A stretch of 64,000 nt of DNA from an uncultured Candidatus Saccharibacteria bacterium (GTDB lineage Bacteria > Patescibacteriota > Minisyncoccia > Phycocordibacterales > UBA9973). Shown here in pieces: positions 29,590-40,329 of this stretch. The notes under the pieces are model-generated. The model had not been told where the DNA came from and searched no databases. It saw only the letters and a list, made by a program, of their open reading frames with translations. The translations under genes and the position numbers were made by a program. Numbering within the stretch: the stretch's first letter is position 1; every line of letters begins with the position of its first letter. The DNA lies in NCBI GenBank assembly GCA_964634365.1, contig CAZWJU010000003.1, positions 36,890-100,889 of the forward strand, read 5' to 3'.

Positions 29590-30171
29590 TTATGACATTA
29601 AATCTTCAAGTATTTTTACTGCTTCTGGCAGAGTAGAAATATTGTCAGATTCTGTGAAATGCCCCATCTCGTGCATGACCAAGGTTTTTGCCCTCAAGCT
29701 CTCTTCTAAAAGTTTTTTGTTTTCTTCTAGTGGAACATATGGGTCGTTGTCTGAAAATATAGCAGAAATTTTGTTTGTATGAGAAAGTATTTTTTCAAAA
29801 TTTATAGGTGTTTCAAGCCAAGGCTTTGCAATTTCTGGATTTTCATCTTCATCTAAGTTTTCAAGAGTAAGATAAAACCACGGAGCAATAAGCAAAACTC
29901 CCCCAACTTTTTTATCCTCGGGGATGGACTCTATAAAACGGAGAGCTGTCTGGCACCCTACACTATGTCCTACAAAAAAAGTATTCTCATCTACCTCCCC
30001 TGCTCCTTCGCGAAGAGCAGAAACCCAATCCTCTATAGTCGGAGTATCTGGATGTGGCATAGCTGGCGCAAAAACTTCATATCCAGAAGATTGCATAGTC
30101 TCTCTTATCCACTTTAGCATCGATTCATCGGGACTCCCCGACCAACCATGTGCAATAATTATTTTTTTCAT
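29590..30171 (-). CDS. Alpha/beta-hydrolase, RBBP9/YdeN-like serine hydrolase
   Basis: MKKIIIAHGWSGSP…FFVGHSVGCQ nucleophile elbow. Confidence 0.6.
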   Translation of the reverse strand: MKKIIIAHGWSGSPDESMLKWIRETMQSSGYEVFAPAMPHPDTPTIEDWVSALREGAGEVDENTFFVGHSVGCQTALRFIESIPEDKKVGGVLLIAPWFYLTLENLDEDENPEIAKPWLETPINFEKILSHTNKISAIFSDNDPYVPLEENKKLLEESLRAKTLVMHEMGHFTESDNISTLPEAVKILEDLMS

Positions 30172-30172
30172 A

Positions 30173-30799
30173 TTAGTTTATTTCATTCTTAAATTCTTCA
30201 AAAGTCATACCATCTGCCCAGTTCTTTACTGGAACATTTTTTAGTAAATATTCTTTTTCTTCCTGATTTCCAGAATACACATCTACTGCTTCATTTAGAA
30301 CATAGACATCATACCCACGAAAAGTTAAGTCTTGAGCGGTAGAAAGAACACAGCAGTCTAGTGTTAGACCAATCAAAACTATTTTATTTTTTTCTTCGAC
30401 AGTACCTATTGTTTCATTTAGCCAATTCGTAAAAAGCTCTGGATCTGGGTAAGGCAAATTTGGCACTGCATCTTTATCTCCCCTGCCTTCTCTTATCCAT
30501 TCTGGAGAATTCATACTTTTTATCCAAATATTTTGATCTTTTACATCCTCTGGTATTTCTGACTCATAACCAAAAGTTCCAGGGTGACAAAGGTCGCCTG
30601 TATCACCTTGTCTTGGCTGTCTATAGTCAGAGATTATTTCATATATTTTTATATTTTTTTCTCGCAGAAATGGAACGAGTTCGTTTTTTATAAAGGCAAC
30701 ACTTGGCCGCTCTCTAAAAGCCCTTCCTTTTAGGTCTGTAAAATCTTTTTGTAAATCGATAGAAATTATTTTAATCATACTAGTACATTTTACTACCAT
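30173..30799 (-). CDS. Isochorismatase-family cysteine hydrolase
   Basis: IDLQKDF (Asp), Lys, and [14 protein letters not shown] (Cys) triad pattern. Confidence 0.7.
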   Translation of the reverse strand: MVVKCTSMIKIISIDLQKDFTDLKGRAFRERPSVAFIKNELVPFLREKNIKIYEIISDYRQPRQGDTGDLCHPGTFGYESEIPEDVKDQNIWIKSMNSPEWIREGRGDKDAVPNLPYPDPELFTNWLNETIGTVEEKNKIVLIGLTLDCCVLSTAQDLTFRGYDVYVLNEAVDVYSGNQEEKEYLLKNVPVKNWADGMTFEEFKNEIN

Positions 30800-31118
30800 T
30801 TGGGACTTTGCGTTCAGGTTCTGTTAGAACAACATCACCATTTTCATCGGAAAAACCCGTGGTCAAAACTTCTGAAACAAATGGACCTATTTGCTTTGGT
30901 GCGAAATTACACACGCAAACCACTTGCCTACCAACAAGACTTTCTTTTGTGTAGTGTTTTGTAATCTGCGCACTAGAATTTTTTATCCCTATTTCCGGAC
31001 CAAGATCAATCTTCAGTTTATACGCAGGTTTACGAGCCTCGGGAAAATCCAATACTTCAAGCACAGTTCCGACTCGCAATTCTACTTTTTCAAAATCATT
31101 CCAAGTTATTTCGTTCAT
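30780..31118 (-). CDS. tRNA-binding protein (CsaA/Trbp111-like OB-fold, EMAP domain)
   Basis: [14 protein letters not shown]…KLKIDLG…[10 protein letters not shown] is the characteristic pattern. Confidence 0.75.
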   Translation of the reverse strand: MNEITWNDFEKVELRVGTVLEVLDFPEARKPAYKLKIDLGPEIGIKNSSAQITKHYTKESLVGRQVVCVCNFAPKQIGPFVSEVLTTGFSDENGDVVLTEPERKVPNGSKMY

Positions 31119-31119
31119 A

Positions 31120-34100
31120 TTAGTTTATTTTTATCTTTTCTTCACCGTCTTCAAAAGACATTTCGGAAACTCCAGCGGTTTTTTTCAAATCCTCTTCAAA
31201 TCCAGAAACTGCATCTTTATATTCGGTTGCAAGCGTAAGCTTTATAACATCACTCGGTTTCAAGCCTTTTTCTTTTCGCATATCTTGGATAGAGCGAAGT
31301 AGTTCGCGATACTCCCCTTCGCGTTTTAATTCGGGAGTTATGTTTGTATCTAAATCTTTTACATAAATCCTTCCTTCCATTTCTTTTATTGGACCATTCT
31401 CATTCTGTTGATAAATTATTGATACATCTACTATATTTAATTCTTCTTTTATCAAATCTTTATATTTTTCAAGCCCTTCAAAGTTAACAGCAAATATTTT
31501 ACCGAGCGGTTGTCTTAGAGGAATATTCAATTTCTTGCGAAATGAATTTCCTTCTGTACAAAGATCTCGAACTTTCTGCATTTCTTCAATTATTTTTTTA
31601 TCTACCTTCCCTACTTCTGGCCAGCTTGTTAGATGTACAGATTCTTCATCTCCTTCGAGTTTAAGTTTCTGCCACATATCTTCTGAAGAAAATGGTGCAA
31701 ATGGAGCTATAAGTTTTGAAAGTGTTTTCAAAACATAGTAAAGAGTCTTTTTCGCATCCACATCTCCATCTTTCAATCTGTCTCGTGAGCGACGCAGATA
31801 CCAAGTAGAAAGATCGTCGATAAAATCGCGCATCTCTCTTACAGGCTCTAGAAGTTTGAAACTATCCATATTTTTTGTTGTGGACAGAACTACTTCGTTT
31901 AGTCTTGCGAGTATCCAAGCATCCAACACATTTGTAGAACTTGGAACAGAATTGTTTTCTATAGAACGATCACGGTAGAGCTCGTAAAAAGCCAAGACAT
32001 TGTATAGAAGGCCAAAGAATTTGCGGTGTAGGTCGAGTACTGTTTTCTCGTCGAAGTTTTTCGAATCTCCTGGTTGGTTTACGCTATACATCCAAAGCCT
32101 CAAAGTATCTGCTCCATACTTTTCTATCATCTCCCAAGGGTCGACGATGTTGCCGAGAGACTTACTCATTTTCTTGCCTTCGCCGTCTAGTATGTGCCCG
32201 AGACATATTACGTTCTTGTAGGCCCTGCCTGTGCCCATGAGAGCGCATACAGCATGCAGAGTATAAAACCACCCGCGAGTCTGGTCTATCGCCTCACAGA
32301 TGAAGTCTGCTGGGTAGCCATGTTGCTTCTTGAACAAACCTTTTTCTGGCTGAAATACATTTTTGTCATTTTCAAACGGGTAGTGATCTTGAGCAAAAGG
32401 CATCGCACCGGAGTCAAACCATACATCCAAAACTTCTTTCACTCTTTTGAATTTCTTGCCGTCACGCTCTAGTTCAACAGAATCAATAAACGGCTTGTGC
32501 AAGTCTAGCTCAAAGTTTTCATTGTGAGGAAGTGGGACAAATGGAAGTTCAAAAATTTCTGCATTGTTAATTCTTTTGATTGGCCCCATTTTCTTCAAAT
32601 TATCTAGAGAATACACTTCTGCCAAAAACTTCAATGCTCTCCCCATTCCGTCATGACCAACAATCAAAATATTATTATTTTGATACTTACTCTCGATTTC
32701 ATACATAAATTCTCCAACCCGTTTAACCAACTCAGAAAAATTCTCTCCATCGACGAAATCCTTTTTAGGAAAATCTGCATAATCCTTCTGATAAAACTGC
32801 AGCATCAAAGCTCGGTCTTTTCCTTCAAATTCGCTACTAACTTCCCACTCTCCAGCTCTTTCATCAAAAATAACTTTTTCAAAAGGAAAACCTAAGCCAC
32901 TACAAACTATTTGAGTTGTTTGTTTTGTTCTTTCAAATGGTGAAGAAATAATTACATCAATCTTTTCTTTGAAGTTAGAGATGCTTTTCTTTACTTCTTC
33001 TTTTCCTTTCTCTGTAAGCTCCGCTTCGTGCTGTGAGCGAACTTTAAATGTTGTCTCTGTATTATTTACACCTTGCCCGTGTCTTATAAAAAAATACTTG
33101 TTTCCACTTTTCTTTGTATACTTTTTCAATGTTTCTACAGAGTCGACAACAATTTTATCTCCGTCCCCTGATTCCCAGATCGGTAGAGGTGTTCCCCAAT
33201 ATCGCTCGCGAGATATTGCCCAGTCTTTGAGCTCACGAAGCCACTCGCCAAAACGCCCTTCGCGAATATGTGACGGCTCCCAATTGATACTTTTGTTATC
33301 TTGTATCATCTTGTCTTTGATTTTTGGATCAGAAACTCTAATGTACCAAGAGTCCCGTGCGTAATATATGAGCGGAGTTTTACATCGCCAACAGTGTGGA
33401 TATGAGTGTTCGTATTTTTCTTTTTTGAAAAGTAAGCCACGGTGCGCAAGGTCCTTGATAATATCTATCGCGACCTCTTCATCTTTTACAAATCGTCCTG
33501 AAAGAAAATCCATTTGCTCTTTAAAATGTCCATCTTCTTTAACCAGGTGAAACTTTGGCAATCCAACTTTTGTTCCGAGGATGAAGTCATCTTGTCCGTA
33601 CATAACAGCTGTATGCACTATCCCTGTTCCATCAGTTGTTGTAACAAAATCTGCACAATAAACTTTGTAAGCTTTTGATTTGTCTAGATCTTTTGGTGCA
33701 AGATTGTTGAAATATGGATATAGTGGTTCGTATTCCATACCTGCAAGATTTTTGCCTTTTAATTCTAAAATTATTTCATATTCACCTTCTACAACAGAAA
33801 GTCTCTCTTTTGCAAGAATTAGAATATCGTTTTCTTTTTTTATTTTTACATAATCGATACCCTCTCCAACAGCAAGACCAACATTCCCCGGAAGTGTCCA
33901 TGGGGTTGTCGTCCAAGCTAGGAAATATGTATTGTCTTGTCCAACAACTTTAAACTTTGCTGTTACAGACAGATCTTTGTCATCTTGATACCCTTGTGCG
34001 AGTTCGTGTGAAGAAAGAGCAGTTCCACACCTAGGACACCAAGGCAAAACTTTGTAATCTTTGTACAAAAGTTTTTTGTCTTCTACAGTAGACAGAATAT

Positions 34101-34590
34101 TCCAAACAGACTCGATATATGAATTGTGGTAAGTGACATATGGATTTTTTGTATCTACCCAGTATCCGATACGATTTGTAAATTTCTCCCAAATATCACG
34201 GTATTGCCAAACACTCTCACGACATTTTTGGTTGAATTTTTCTACACCGTATTCTTCGATTTCTTTCTTTGAAGTTAGGCCGAGTTCTTTTTCAACTTGA
34301 AGCTCCACTGGCAGACCATGTGTATCCCAGCCACCCTTGCGACGTACGTGGTATCCGCGCATAGTTTTGTAGCGAGGAATAGCGTCTTTGAAACTTCTCG
34401 CTTCCAGGTGATGAACTCCGGGCTTCCCGTTTGCGGTTGGTGGACCTTCATAGAAAACAAATTCTTTTCCACCCTTTGATTTCTCGACAGATTTTTCAAA
34501 AATATTTTTTTCTTGCCACAGCTTCAAAACAGCCTCTTCGCGAGAAGCTGATTCAGATTTTGTATTTAAATTTTGGTTTTCGTTTGACAT
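31120..34590 (-). CDS. ileS: Isoleucyl-tRNA synthetase with an inserted histidine-phosphatase (PGAM-like) domain
   Basis: HIGH region [26 protein letters not shown], [14 protein letters not shown] and DVWFDSG. Between the last two lie ~190 extra aa bearing [11 protein letters not shown] … [10 protein letters not shown]. Confidence 0.9.
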   Translation of the reverse strand: MSNENQNLNTKSESASREEAVLKLWQEKNIFEKSVEKSKGGKEFVFYEGPPTANGKPGVHHLEARSFKDAIPRYKTMRGYHVRRKGGWDTHGLPVELQVEKELGLTSKKEIEEYGVEKFNQKCRESVWQYRDIWEKFTNRIGYWVDTKNPYVTYHNSYIESVWNILSTVEDKKLLYKDYKVLPWCPRCGTALSSHELAQGYQDDKDLSVTAKFKVVGQDNTYFLAWTTTPWTLPGNVGLAVGEGIDYVKIKKENDILILAKERLSVVEGEYEIILELKGKNLAGMEYEPLYPYFNNLAPKDLDKSKAYKVYCADFVTTTDGTGIVHTAVMYGQDDFILGTKVGLPKFHLVKEDGHFKEQMDFLSGRFVKDEEVAIDIIKDLAHRGLLFKKEKYEHSYPHCWRCKTPLIYYARDSWYIRVSDPKIKDKMIQDNKSINWEPSHIREGRFGEWLRELKDWAISRERYWGTPLPIWESGDGDKIVVDSVETLKKYTKKSGNKYFFIRHGQGVNNTETTFKVRSQHEAELTEKGKEEVKKSISNFKEKIDVIISSPFERTKQTTQIVCSGLGFPFEKVIFDERAGEWEVSSEFEGKDRALMLQFYQKDYADFPKKDFVDGENFSELVKRVGEFMYEIESKYQNNNILIVGHDGMGRALKFLAEVYSLDNLKKMGPIKRINNAEIFELPFVPLPHNENFELDLHKPFIDSVELERDGKKFKRVKEVLDVWFDSGAMPFAQDHYPFENDKNVFQPEKGLFKKQHGYPADFICEAIDQTRGWFYTLHAVCALMGTGRAYKNVICLGHILDGEGKKMSKSLGNIVDPWEMIEKYGADTLRLWMYSVNQPGDSKNFDEKTVLDLHRKFFGLLYNVLAFYELYRDRSIENNSVPSSTNVLDAWILARLNEVVLSTTKNMDSFKLLEPVREMRDFIDDLSTWYLRRSRDRLKDGDVDAKKTLYYVLKTLSKLIAPFAPFSSEDMWQKLKLEGDEESVHLTSWPEVGKVDKKIIEEMQKVRDLCTEGNSFRKKLNIPLRQPLGKIFAVNFEGLEKYKDLIKEELNIVDVSIIYQQNENGPIKEMEGRIYVKDLDTNITPELKREGEYRELLRSIQDMRKEKGLKPSDVIKLTLATEYKDAVSGFEEDLKKTAGVSEMSFEDGEEKIKIN

Positions 34591-34595
34591 ATATA

Positions 34596-34860
34596 TTATT
34601 TTAAAAAATAAAAAACTCGTCCTCGCACAACAATTTTAAAATCATTGTGTAAGGACGAGCTTCCTCGTGGTACCACCTTAATTTAGGTTTTAGGTTATAG
34701 GTGTAAGGTTTTAGTAAAACCAAATCTATAAACTCAAACCCCTTGTTGCAGCTTTAACGGGCTTACCCGCTGGGTTCTACTTTATTTCTTCCCAGAGCGT
34801 ACCCACATTTGGAAGGGCTTGGAGCTGATAACTCCTAAATGACGCTTATAATTTAATAAT
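34596..34860 (-). promoter_or_regulatory. T-box riboswitch leader of ileS
   Basis: On the minus strand AAAUUAAGGUGGUACCACGAGG matches the T-box consensus AAUUAGGGUGGUACCGCG. It is followed by a long terminator hairpin (CUCGUCCUUACACAA…UUGUGCGAGGACGAG) and a U-run just before the ileS AUG. A candidate Ile specifier AUC-A sits in the loop GGAG-UUAUCAG-CUCC. Confidence 0.7.
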
Positions 34861-34902
34861 AGTTAGAAATGTGTAAAATGCAAGTCATGGTACAATATCT
34901 GT

Positions 34903-35145
34903 ATGGATTTATTGTCTTTCTCTCAAAACATACTAGGACACATAACCAACCCAGAAAATATTATTTTAATATTTTGGTTTATTGTACTTGTAGTTATATT
35001 CATATCCCTAATCATGATAGTTCACTGGAAACAATATGCTGAAAATATATTAGGCGGGCTTATACTTTTTGCCATATACGGAATTGGGGTATTTATCTTG
35101 ATTGGTAATGTTTATCAAAAAATTCAAACTTTTATAGGTATATGA
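34903..35145 (+). CDS. Small two-TM membrane protein
   Basis: Hydrophobic; overlaps the start of the next gene by 4 nt. Confidence 0.35.
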   Translation: MDLLSFSQNILGHITNPENIILIFWFIVLVVIFISLIMIVHWKQYAENILGGLILFAIYGIGVFILIGNVYQKIQTFIGI

Positions 35146-35672
35146 AATTAAACCCAGGAGAAAAGAAAATAGTAGTATTTCGAAAACACTGGTTTTATCT
35201 AGGGGTAGAAACTTTCTTGTTTGCACTCATCGCCATACTTCCCTACCTGATGATGTATTTTGGTGGACAATATTTTGATATATCAATTCCTGAAAAATTT
35301 ATACCGGCCTACGAACTATTTTACAGTCTATGGTTAGTCTTTGTATGGGTTGGATTTTTTGTTTCAATTACCAATTACTTGCTCGATATATGGATACTTA
35401 CATCTGACAGGCTCATAGACGTAGAGCAGTTTGGTCTTTTTTCTCGCAGAATATCTACTCTTCAGATCGATAAAATACAAGATGTTACTGTGTCGATGAC
35501 AGGAATTGTAGAGGAGCTTATAAACAGCGGAGAAGTTTCTGTGCAAACAGCCGGAGAAACTCGTGAATTTCGTATACCACACGCTAATAATCCAGAAAAA
35601 ATAAAAGAGAAGATACTAACTGTGGTACGAGTAAAAGCAAACGAAGTCAAAACTGTTAGGATAGAAAATTAG
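35142..35672 (+). CDS. Membrane protein with bacterial PH-like (YdbS/YdbT-type) domain
   Basis: Two TM helices followed by a ~100-aa domain with the bPH_2-like pattern (DRLIDVEQFGLFSRRISTLQIDKIQDVTV). Confidence 0.45.
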   Translation: MKLNPGEKKIVVFRKHWFYLGVETFLFALIAILPYLMMYFGGQYFDISIPEKFIPAYELFYSLWLVFVWVGFFVSITNYLLDIWILTSDRLIDVEQFGLFSRRISTLQIDKIQDVTVSMTGIVEELINSGEVSVQTAGETREFRIPHANNPEKIKEKILTVVRVKANEVKTVRIEN

Positions 35673-35700
35673 AAAACCACCCAGCGGGTGGTTTTGTTTT
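35673..35700. terminator. Bidirectional terminator aaaaccacccagcgggtggttttgtttt
   Basis: Hairpin plus T-run. Confidence 0.7.
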
Positions 35701-36245
35701 TAAAACAAAATCAGTTCATGCGCACACAGCGAATCGTAGCTGTGTGTATCAACAATTTTTTGCTGATCCTCGGAGCAATAAATAATCCTGTATGAATATG
35801 TCACAGGTGCGCCGTTCGTTGTAATTATCATGATTGATTTGATTTTTTCACTACTTTTAGCAACAAGGTTGTACCTGCGCACCTCATATACCAGGTCGTC
35901 CCAATATATGTGTTTTTTGGGATCTTTTATTGTAATCGAGCGTCCATCAGGATGACGCGGGTTTTCTTCATAAAAAATTTCATCCAGTGTCCCCATCACA
36001 ATCTGTTTCTTGATTTTTGCATCATGAGCAAACATGGATAATTTAAACATTTTTACTGTCGCAGCTCCAAAACCTATTGCTGAAATTAAAGATAAGATCA
36101 ATTTATCCATATTTTCTGCAGCCACAAGGATTTTAACCGATAAAAAACAAGAGGCCAGAAAAACTAATCCTAAAATAAGTTTATTCCTCTCTCCTTCTGT
36201 CATGGGAATTTTCTTTTCAATCTGAGCTTTTTCTAAGTGATTCAT
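35700..36245 (-). CDS. Hypothetical membrane protein
   Basis: Two TM helices near the N-terminus. Confidence 0.4.
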   Translation of the reverse strand: MNHLEKAQIEKKIPMTEGERNKLILGLVFLASCFLSVKILVAAENMDKLILSLISAIGFGAATVKMFKLSMFAHDAKIKKQIVMGTLDEIFYEENPRHPDGRSITIKDPKKHIYWDDLVYEVRRYNLVAKSSEKIKSIMIITTNGAPVTYSYRIIYCSEDQQKIVDTHSYDSLCAHELILF

Positions 36246-36349
36246 ATATTATTTTGTTTTTTGGTGAACTATACAGGGAGCATATTAACACAAAATACCT
36301 TTTTAGTCCAATATAAAAACCACCCTGGATTTTGGGTGGTTTATTGATT

Positions 36350-37048
36350 TTAGAAACCCATTTCTATGGGCTCGTACTTTTCGTTTATGACCCCACCTTC
36401 TATAAGCTCCTCTTTATACCTCTCCCAGAAGGAGCGAAGGAAGGTGACTCTTTTTTGAGCAAGTCTTTTGCCTTCGTTTGTAGTCATTGTGCTAGCCACA
36501 ACAAAAAGTCTTTTCGGAAAAAGCTCAACACTTGCTCCTACTTTTTCGTTTAACTCCCCTGTGCAAAGGGGGTCAAGCGGGTTGTAAAAAGGTCGGTTCA
36601 TCTGCCCACCAGAAGAAAAGGTGCGCATGATTGCAAAAGCACCAACACTCTCGAGCTTGTCTGCGTCTTGTAAAATTGCAGACTCCCAAGTAGAAGGCTC
36701 AGTACCATTTGAAAAAGAGCATTCTTGTATACAAACCTTTACTCTTTTTATCTTTGCAACCGGATACCCAACTATGCTTTTAAGCAAAACTTCTGCCAAG
36801 TCTGCACTTTTACTGGGAGCGAGTTTGTTTCTCGGATCATCTTTCTTAAAAATAACTGCATCGTGGAAGATGCATGCCGGAGCCAACACCTCGTAGTCAG
36901 TTGCGTGTATTGTCTCGCTTTTTGCTATGCGCATAGCGAGATTCAACACACGTCTAGTGTGCTCAAGATCATGAGAATGATCATGCTCTCCTATGTGAGG
37001 CACGAGTAGCCGAAAACATTCGGCTATGAGTTGTTTTACATCCATCAA
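36350..37048 (-). CDS. HD-domain metal-dependent phosphohydrolase
   Basis: HSHDLEHTRRV…FHD…D motifs of the HD superfamily. Confidence 0.7.
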   Translation of the reverse strand: MMDVKQLIAECFRLLVPHIGEHDHSHDLEHTRRVLNLAMRIAKSETIHATDYEVLAPACIFHDAVIFKKDDPRNKLAPSKSADLAEVLLKSIVGYPVAKIKRVKVCIQECSFSNGTEPSTWESAILQDADKLESVGAFAIMRTFSSGGQMNRPFYNPLDPLCTGELNEKVGASVELFPKRLFVVASTMTTNEGKRLAQKRVTFLRSFWERYKEELIEGGVINEKYEPIEMGF

Positions 37049-37089
37049 AATAACTTTTTTAGAACAATAGCAGATTGAAACAAATTAGT

Positions 37090-38805
37090 CTACATTTTCT
37101 CTGGAGCTTTTATACCTAGGATATAAAGACCATTTTTTTGAACTGTTGCGAATGCATTGGTTATCATAACTTTATAGCCACTGGTTTTATCTTCTTCATC
37201 TACAATTTGAGTATCTGCATAAAAAGAATTGAAGCTACGAGCAAGCTCTATAAGATACGAAGCAATCGCGTGCGGAGCATATTCTTTGTATGCGAGCGCT
37301 ACAACCTCAGGAAATCTATAAAGCAACTTTTCTATTTCAAATATTTTTTCTGTAGGATTTTGATTTGATATATCTATATTAGCGTTTTTAGCTTTTTCTA
37401 AAATTGAACGTGCACGCGCATGAGAATACGACAGATACGGACCTGAGTCGCCTTCAAATGATAGAGATTTATCAAAATCAAATATTATATCTCTACCTGT
37501 TGCTTGTTTTAGCACGGAGTATTTAAGCGCAGAAACTGCAATGTCGTTCACCAGATTTTTATCTTCTGCCCTATTGCTCTCTTTCATCTTTTCTTCTACC
37601 TTTTCGCCTATGTCTTTTAGTAGCGAGTCTCCTGTGACAACATCTCCTGTACGAGAAGACATTTTACCTGTAGGTAGGCGCAACATCCCATGAGATATAT
37701 GCTTTGTCTTTTTCGCCAAGTCTGGAAAAACTTGATTCATGGCTTCTAATAAAACTCTAAAATAATCATTTATTTCGTTACCGGTTACAACAATCGACTC
37801 ATCGTATGGATAAGTATCAAATTTTATCTTTGAAAGACCCAGCTCCTTTGCTTCATAAGTTGGTATACCTTGAGAATTTATAAAAACACGAGTGTGGAGT
37901 TTTGGGTTATATTTCTCGCCCTTGAAAACAACCGCATTGTTTTCACCGCTTTCAAAAATCCCATTTTCTATGTTTGATTCAACTATTTTTTTACCAAATT
38001 CACCTGTCTCACTTTCAAAAAAATAAAAATCAAATTTTGTACCAAGTTTTTTATATATTTCTTCGAAATATTCTAAGCTTTTTGCTCTTCCTAAATCATA
38101 AAATTTATTTATCTCAGAATCAGACCGATCGTATATTTTTTTATTTAAATCCTTGATTGTATTTTTATTTTCTTCTGTATCACCCTCGAGTTTTGACCCT
38201 AATGCATAGCAAGATCCTAAAAACTTAGCCCATATATCGATAGGTGCATTTTCATCGGGCAAGCTATCTTTGTTCTCTATCATTCCGAAAATCGCTTTTG
38301 CAACATGCAATCCTACGTCACCCTGATAGCATGCGCGTTTAATCTCTGCGCCATTCCACTCAATAATACGAGAAAGTGTCTCACCTATTGTGTTGGACAT
38401 GAGGTGTCCAATATGAAATTCTTTGAAAGGGTTTGGGTCTGTGTATTCTATGACTATTTTTTTACCGGAAAGAGATTCTGTCCTACCAAAATCTTTGTTG
38501 TTAGATATTTTTAAGATTGAGTTCGCGAAAAAATCACGAGACAAATAAACATTTATAAAACCTGCACCAGCGACTTCGATTTTTTCAACATCGGTCGGCA
38601 GACTATTTTGTATTGAATCAACTATATCTTGAGCGACTTCCTTTGGATTTCTGTCTATTTTTTTTGAAGCAATCAGTGCTATGTTCGTAGAATAATCTCC
38701 GTGCGCCAAATCACCTGGGTGCTCCCAGTTTATATCTACAGAATCTATCCCCAAATCTGCTATCGCAGACTTTATTTTTTCATCTAAAATACCCAACGCT
38801 ACCAT
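37090..38805 (-). CDS. argS: Arginyl-tRNA synthetase
   Basis: N-terminal Arg_tRNA_synt_N, a HIGH-type motif HIGHLMSNTIGE, and a C-terminal DALR anticodon-binding domain. Confidence 0.9.
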   Translation of the reverse strand: MVALGILDEKIKSAIADLGIDSVDINWEHPGDLAHGDYSTNIALIASKKIDRNPKEVAQDIVDSIQNSLPTDVEKIEVAGAGFINVYLSRDFFANSILKISNNKDFGRTESLSGKKIVIEYTDPNPFKEFHIGHLMSNTIGETLSRIIEWNGAEIKRACYQGDVGLHVAKAIFGMIENKDSLPDENAPIDIWAKFLGSCYALGSKLEGDTEENKNTIKDLNKKIYDRSDSEINKFYDLGRAKSLEYFEEIYKKLGTKFDFYFFESETGEFGKKIVESNIENGIFESGENNAVVFKGEKYNPKLHTRVFINSQGIPTYEAKELGLSKIKFDTYPYDESIVVTGNEINDYFRVLLEAMNQVFPDLAKKTKHISHGMLRLPTGKMSSRTGDVVTGDSLLKDIGEKVEEKMKESNRAEDKNLVNDIAVSALKYSVLKQATGRDIIFDFDKSLSFEGDSGPYLSYSHARARSILEKAKNANIDISNQNPTEKIFEIEKLLYRFPEVVALAYKEYAPHAIASYLIELARSFNSFYADTQIVDEEDKTSGYKVMITNAFATVQKNGLYILGIKAPEKM

Positions 38806-38828
38806 AATCGAGATTCTAGCATAAAAAA

Positions 38829-38856
38829 TAAAAAACTCCCCTTTCAGGAGAGTTTT
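38829..38856. terminator. Terminator aaaaaactcccctttcaggagagtttt
   Basis: Hairpin plus T-run between convergent units. Confidence 0.55.
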
Positions 38857-38859
38857 AGA

Positions 38860-39606
38860 TTATGAAACTACTTCCATATCTACTTTTACAGTATACAGGA
38901 AGCTGAGAACTTTATCTTGGTATTCTTCAGTAAAATTCTGAGAAAAAAGAAATATTTTAACGGACGAAATTGGTATTTTATCTTTTGGAATATTTTTGTA
39001 TTCACCGTTTCGCTTTATTTTTTCTTTTTCCTTTATGCCATATAGAATTTGACACAAAGATTCGATTCTCAAAAGAGATGACTCGTCTCCATATTGATCA
39101 ATACTAATAGACGACTTAAATTCATCTATGGAGCATACGGGTATCAATTTTTTTTCCTTTGGCTCAAATTTAGAATGGTCTATTTTTACATCTTTAAATA
39201 ATCCATCTTTATATTTTGAATATTCTTTATTTTTTTCGAGCCATGCTTCCAAGTCATTCTTTAGGGCTAAATACCTATCATTGCTCGCATAAGCAACACT
39301 TTCAAAATCTTTATGCCTGTTGTTGTAGTATATAACCATACAATGAGCACTTTTGCCGTTTTTTGGAGCACCAGTAAGCTCGGCAATCTTTTTCAAAGAC
39401 AATTCACGCGACAAATGCTCTGAAAGCTTCACGCAAAGTAGAGTTTTTAATTCTATTATCTCCTTCTTGCGCGACTTGTTCTCATACATAATTTGCTCGC
39501 GAGTAATTTTAATTATTGCGTTTTGTATAATGCCTTCTACCAAAATATCTCTTAGGATTATGTCTTCACCCGAAATGTCTCTATATATACTTTCACGTTT
39601 TTTCAT
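38860..39606 (-). CDS. Hypothetical protein
   Basis: No recognisable motif; possible HTH around LKKIAELTG. Confidence 0.4.
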   Translation of the reverse strand: MKKRESIYRDISGEDIILRDILVEGIIQNAIIKITREQIMYENKSRKKEIIELKTLLCVKLSEHLSRELSLKKIAELTGAPKNGKSAHCMVIYYNNRHKDFESVAYASNDRYLALKNDLEAWLEKNKEYSKYKDGLFKDVKIDHSKFEPKEKKLIPVCSIDEFKSSISIDQYGDESSLLRIESLCQILYGIKEKEKIKRNGEYKNIPKDKIPISSVKIFLFSQNFTEEYQDKVLSFLYTVKVDMEVVS

Positions 39607-39656
39607 GACGAACTTTTTCTATAATATACAAGAAAAGTACTAAATGTAAAGAAAAA

Positions 39657-39684
39657 GAAAAACCCCACATTTCGGGGTTTTTAA
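39657..39684. terminator. Terminator aaaaaccccacatttcggggttttt
   Basis: Hairpin plus T-run. Confidence 0.7.
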
Positions 39685-39685
39685 A

Positions 39686-40270
39686 TTAGATATATTTGGA
39701 AACAAACTCCCAAATATCTTCGTGTACTTCTTCGGGGGTTTGGTTAGCATTTACAATACCCCAGCCGTAGTCTTTTGCGAGCTCCATGTGTACTTCACGT
39801 ACACGTTTTATGAGCGGATTGTCATTTTCATGCTTGTGACCAGACTCTATACCCGAAGAAAAACGGTGTCCATCCATAAGTACGGCAAAATCTTCCTTTA
39901 AAAGATCGGAGTTTGCTTGAATCAAAAAATTTTTATCTACACCTGCTCCGACCCCCCAAGCAATACCAGTACCGGTATAATCTTCGGCGATTACAATATT
40001 GTTTTCAAGTAAACCAAGTAAATCCTTCTCGAAATCTCGACGATTTTGAGCATAGATAATTTGAGCTTCTTGTGGAGTCAATTTTTCAGGATTTCCTTTA
40101 CGCAAGTAATCATTGAGCCTAACTCCAGAAGGAATATCGTAAATAGGGTACTTGATAACCTTTGTGTTCAAGCCCATTGTGGAAAGCATTTCTCCAAGCA
40201 TTTTAGTCTGAGTAGACTTTCCGATGTTGTTTATGCCGTAAACGGCGATAAATAAGTTGCTTTTTCTCAT
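39686..40270 (-). CDS. tmk: Thymidylate kinase-like P-loop nucleoside monophosphate kinase
   Basis: P-loop IAVYGINNIGKSTQTKML and size fit the dTMP kinase family. The match is divergent. Confidence 0.5.
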   Translation of the reverse strand: MRKSNLFIAVYGINNIGKSTQTKMLGEMLSTMGLNTKVIKYPIYDIPSGVRLNDYLRKGNPEKLTPQEAQIIYAQNRRDFEKDLLGLLENNIVIAEDYTGTGIAWGVGAGVDKNFLIQANSDLLKEDFAVLMDGHRFSSGIESGHKHENDNPLIKRVREVHMELAKDYGWGIVNANQTPEEVHEDIWEFVSKYI

Positions 40271-40329
40271 ATAAAAAACATTTTGTCTTCCGTATTTGTA
40301 CCACTTAGAAAAACAAAAAGAAAGTATTG

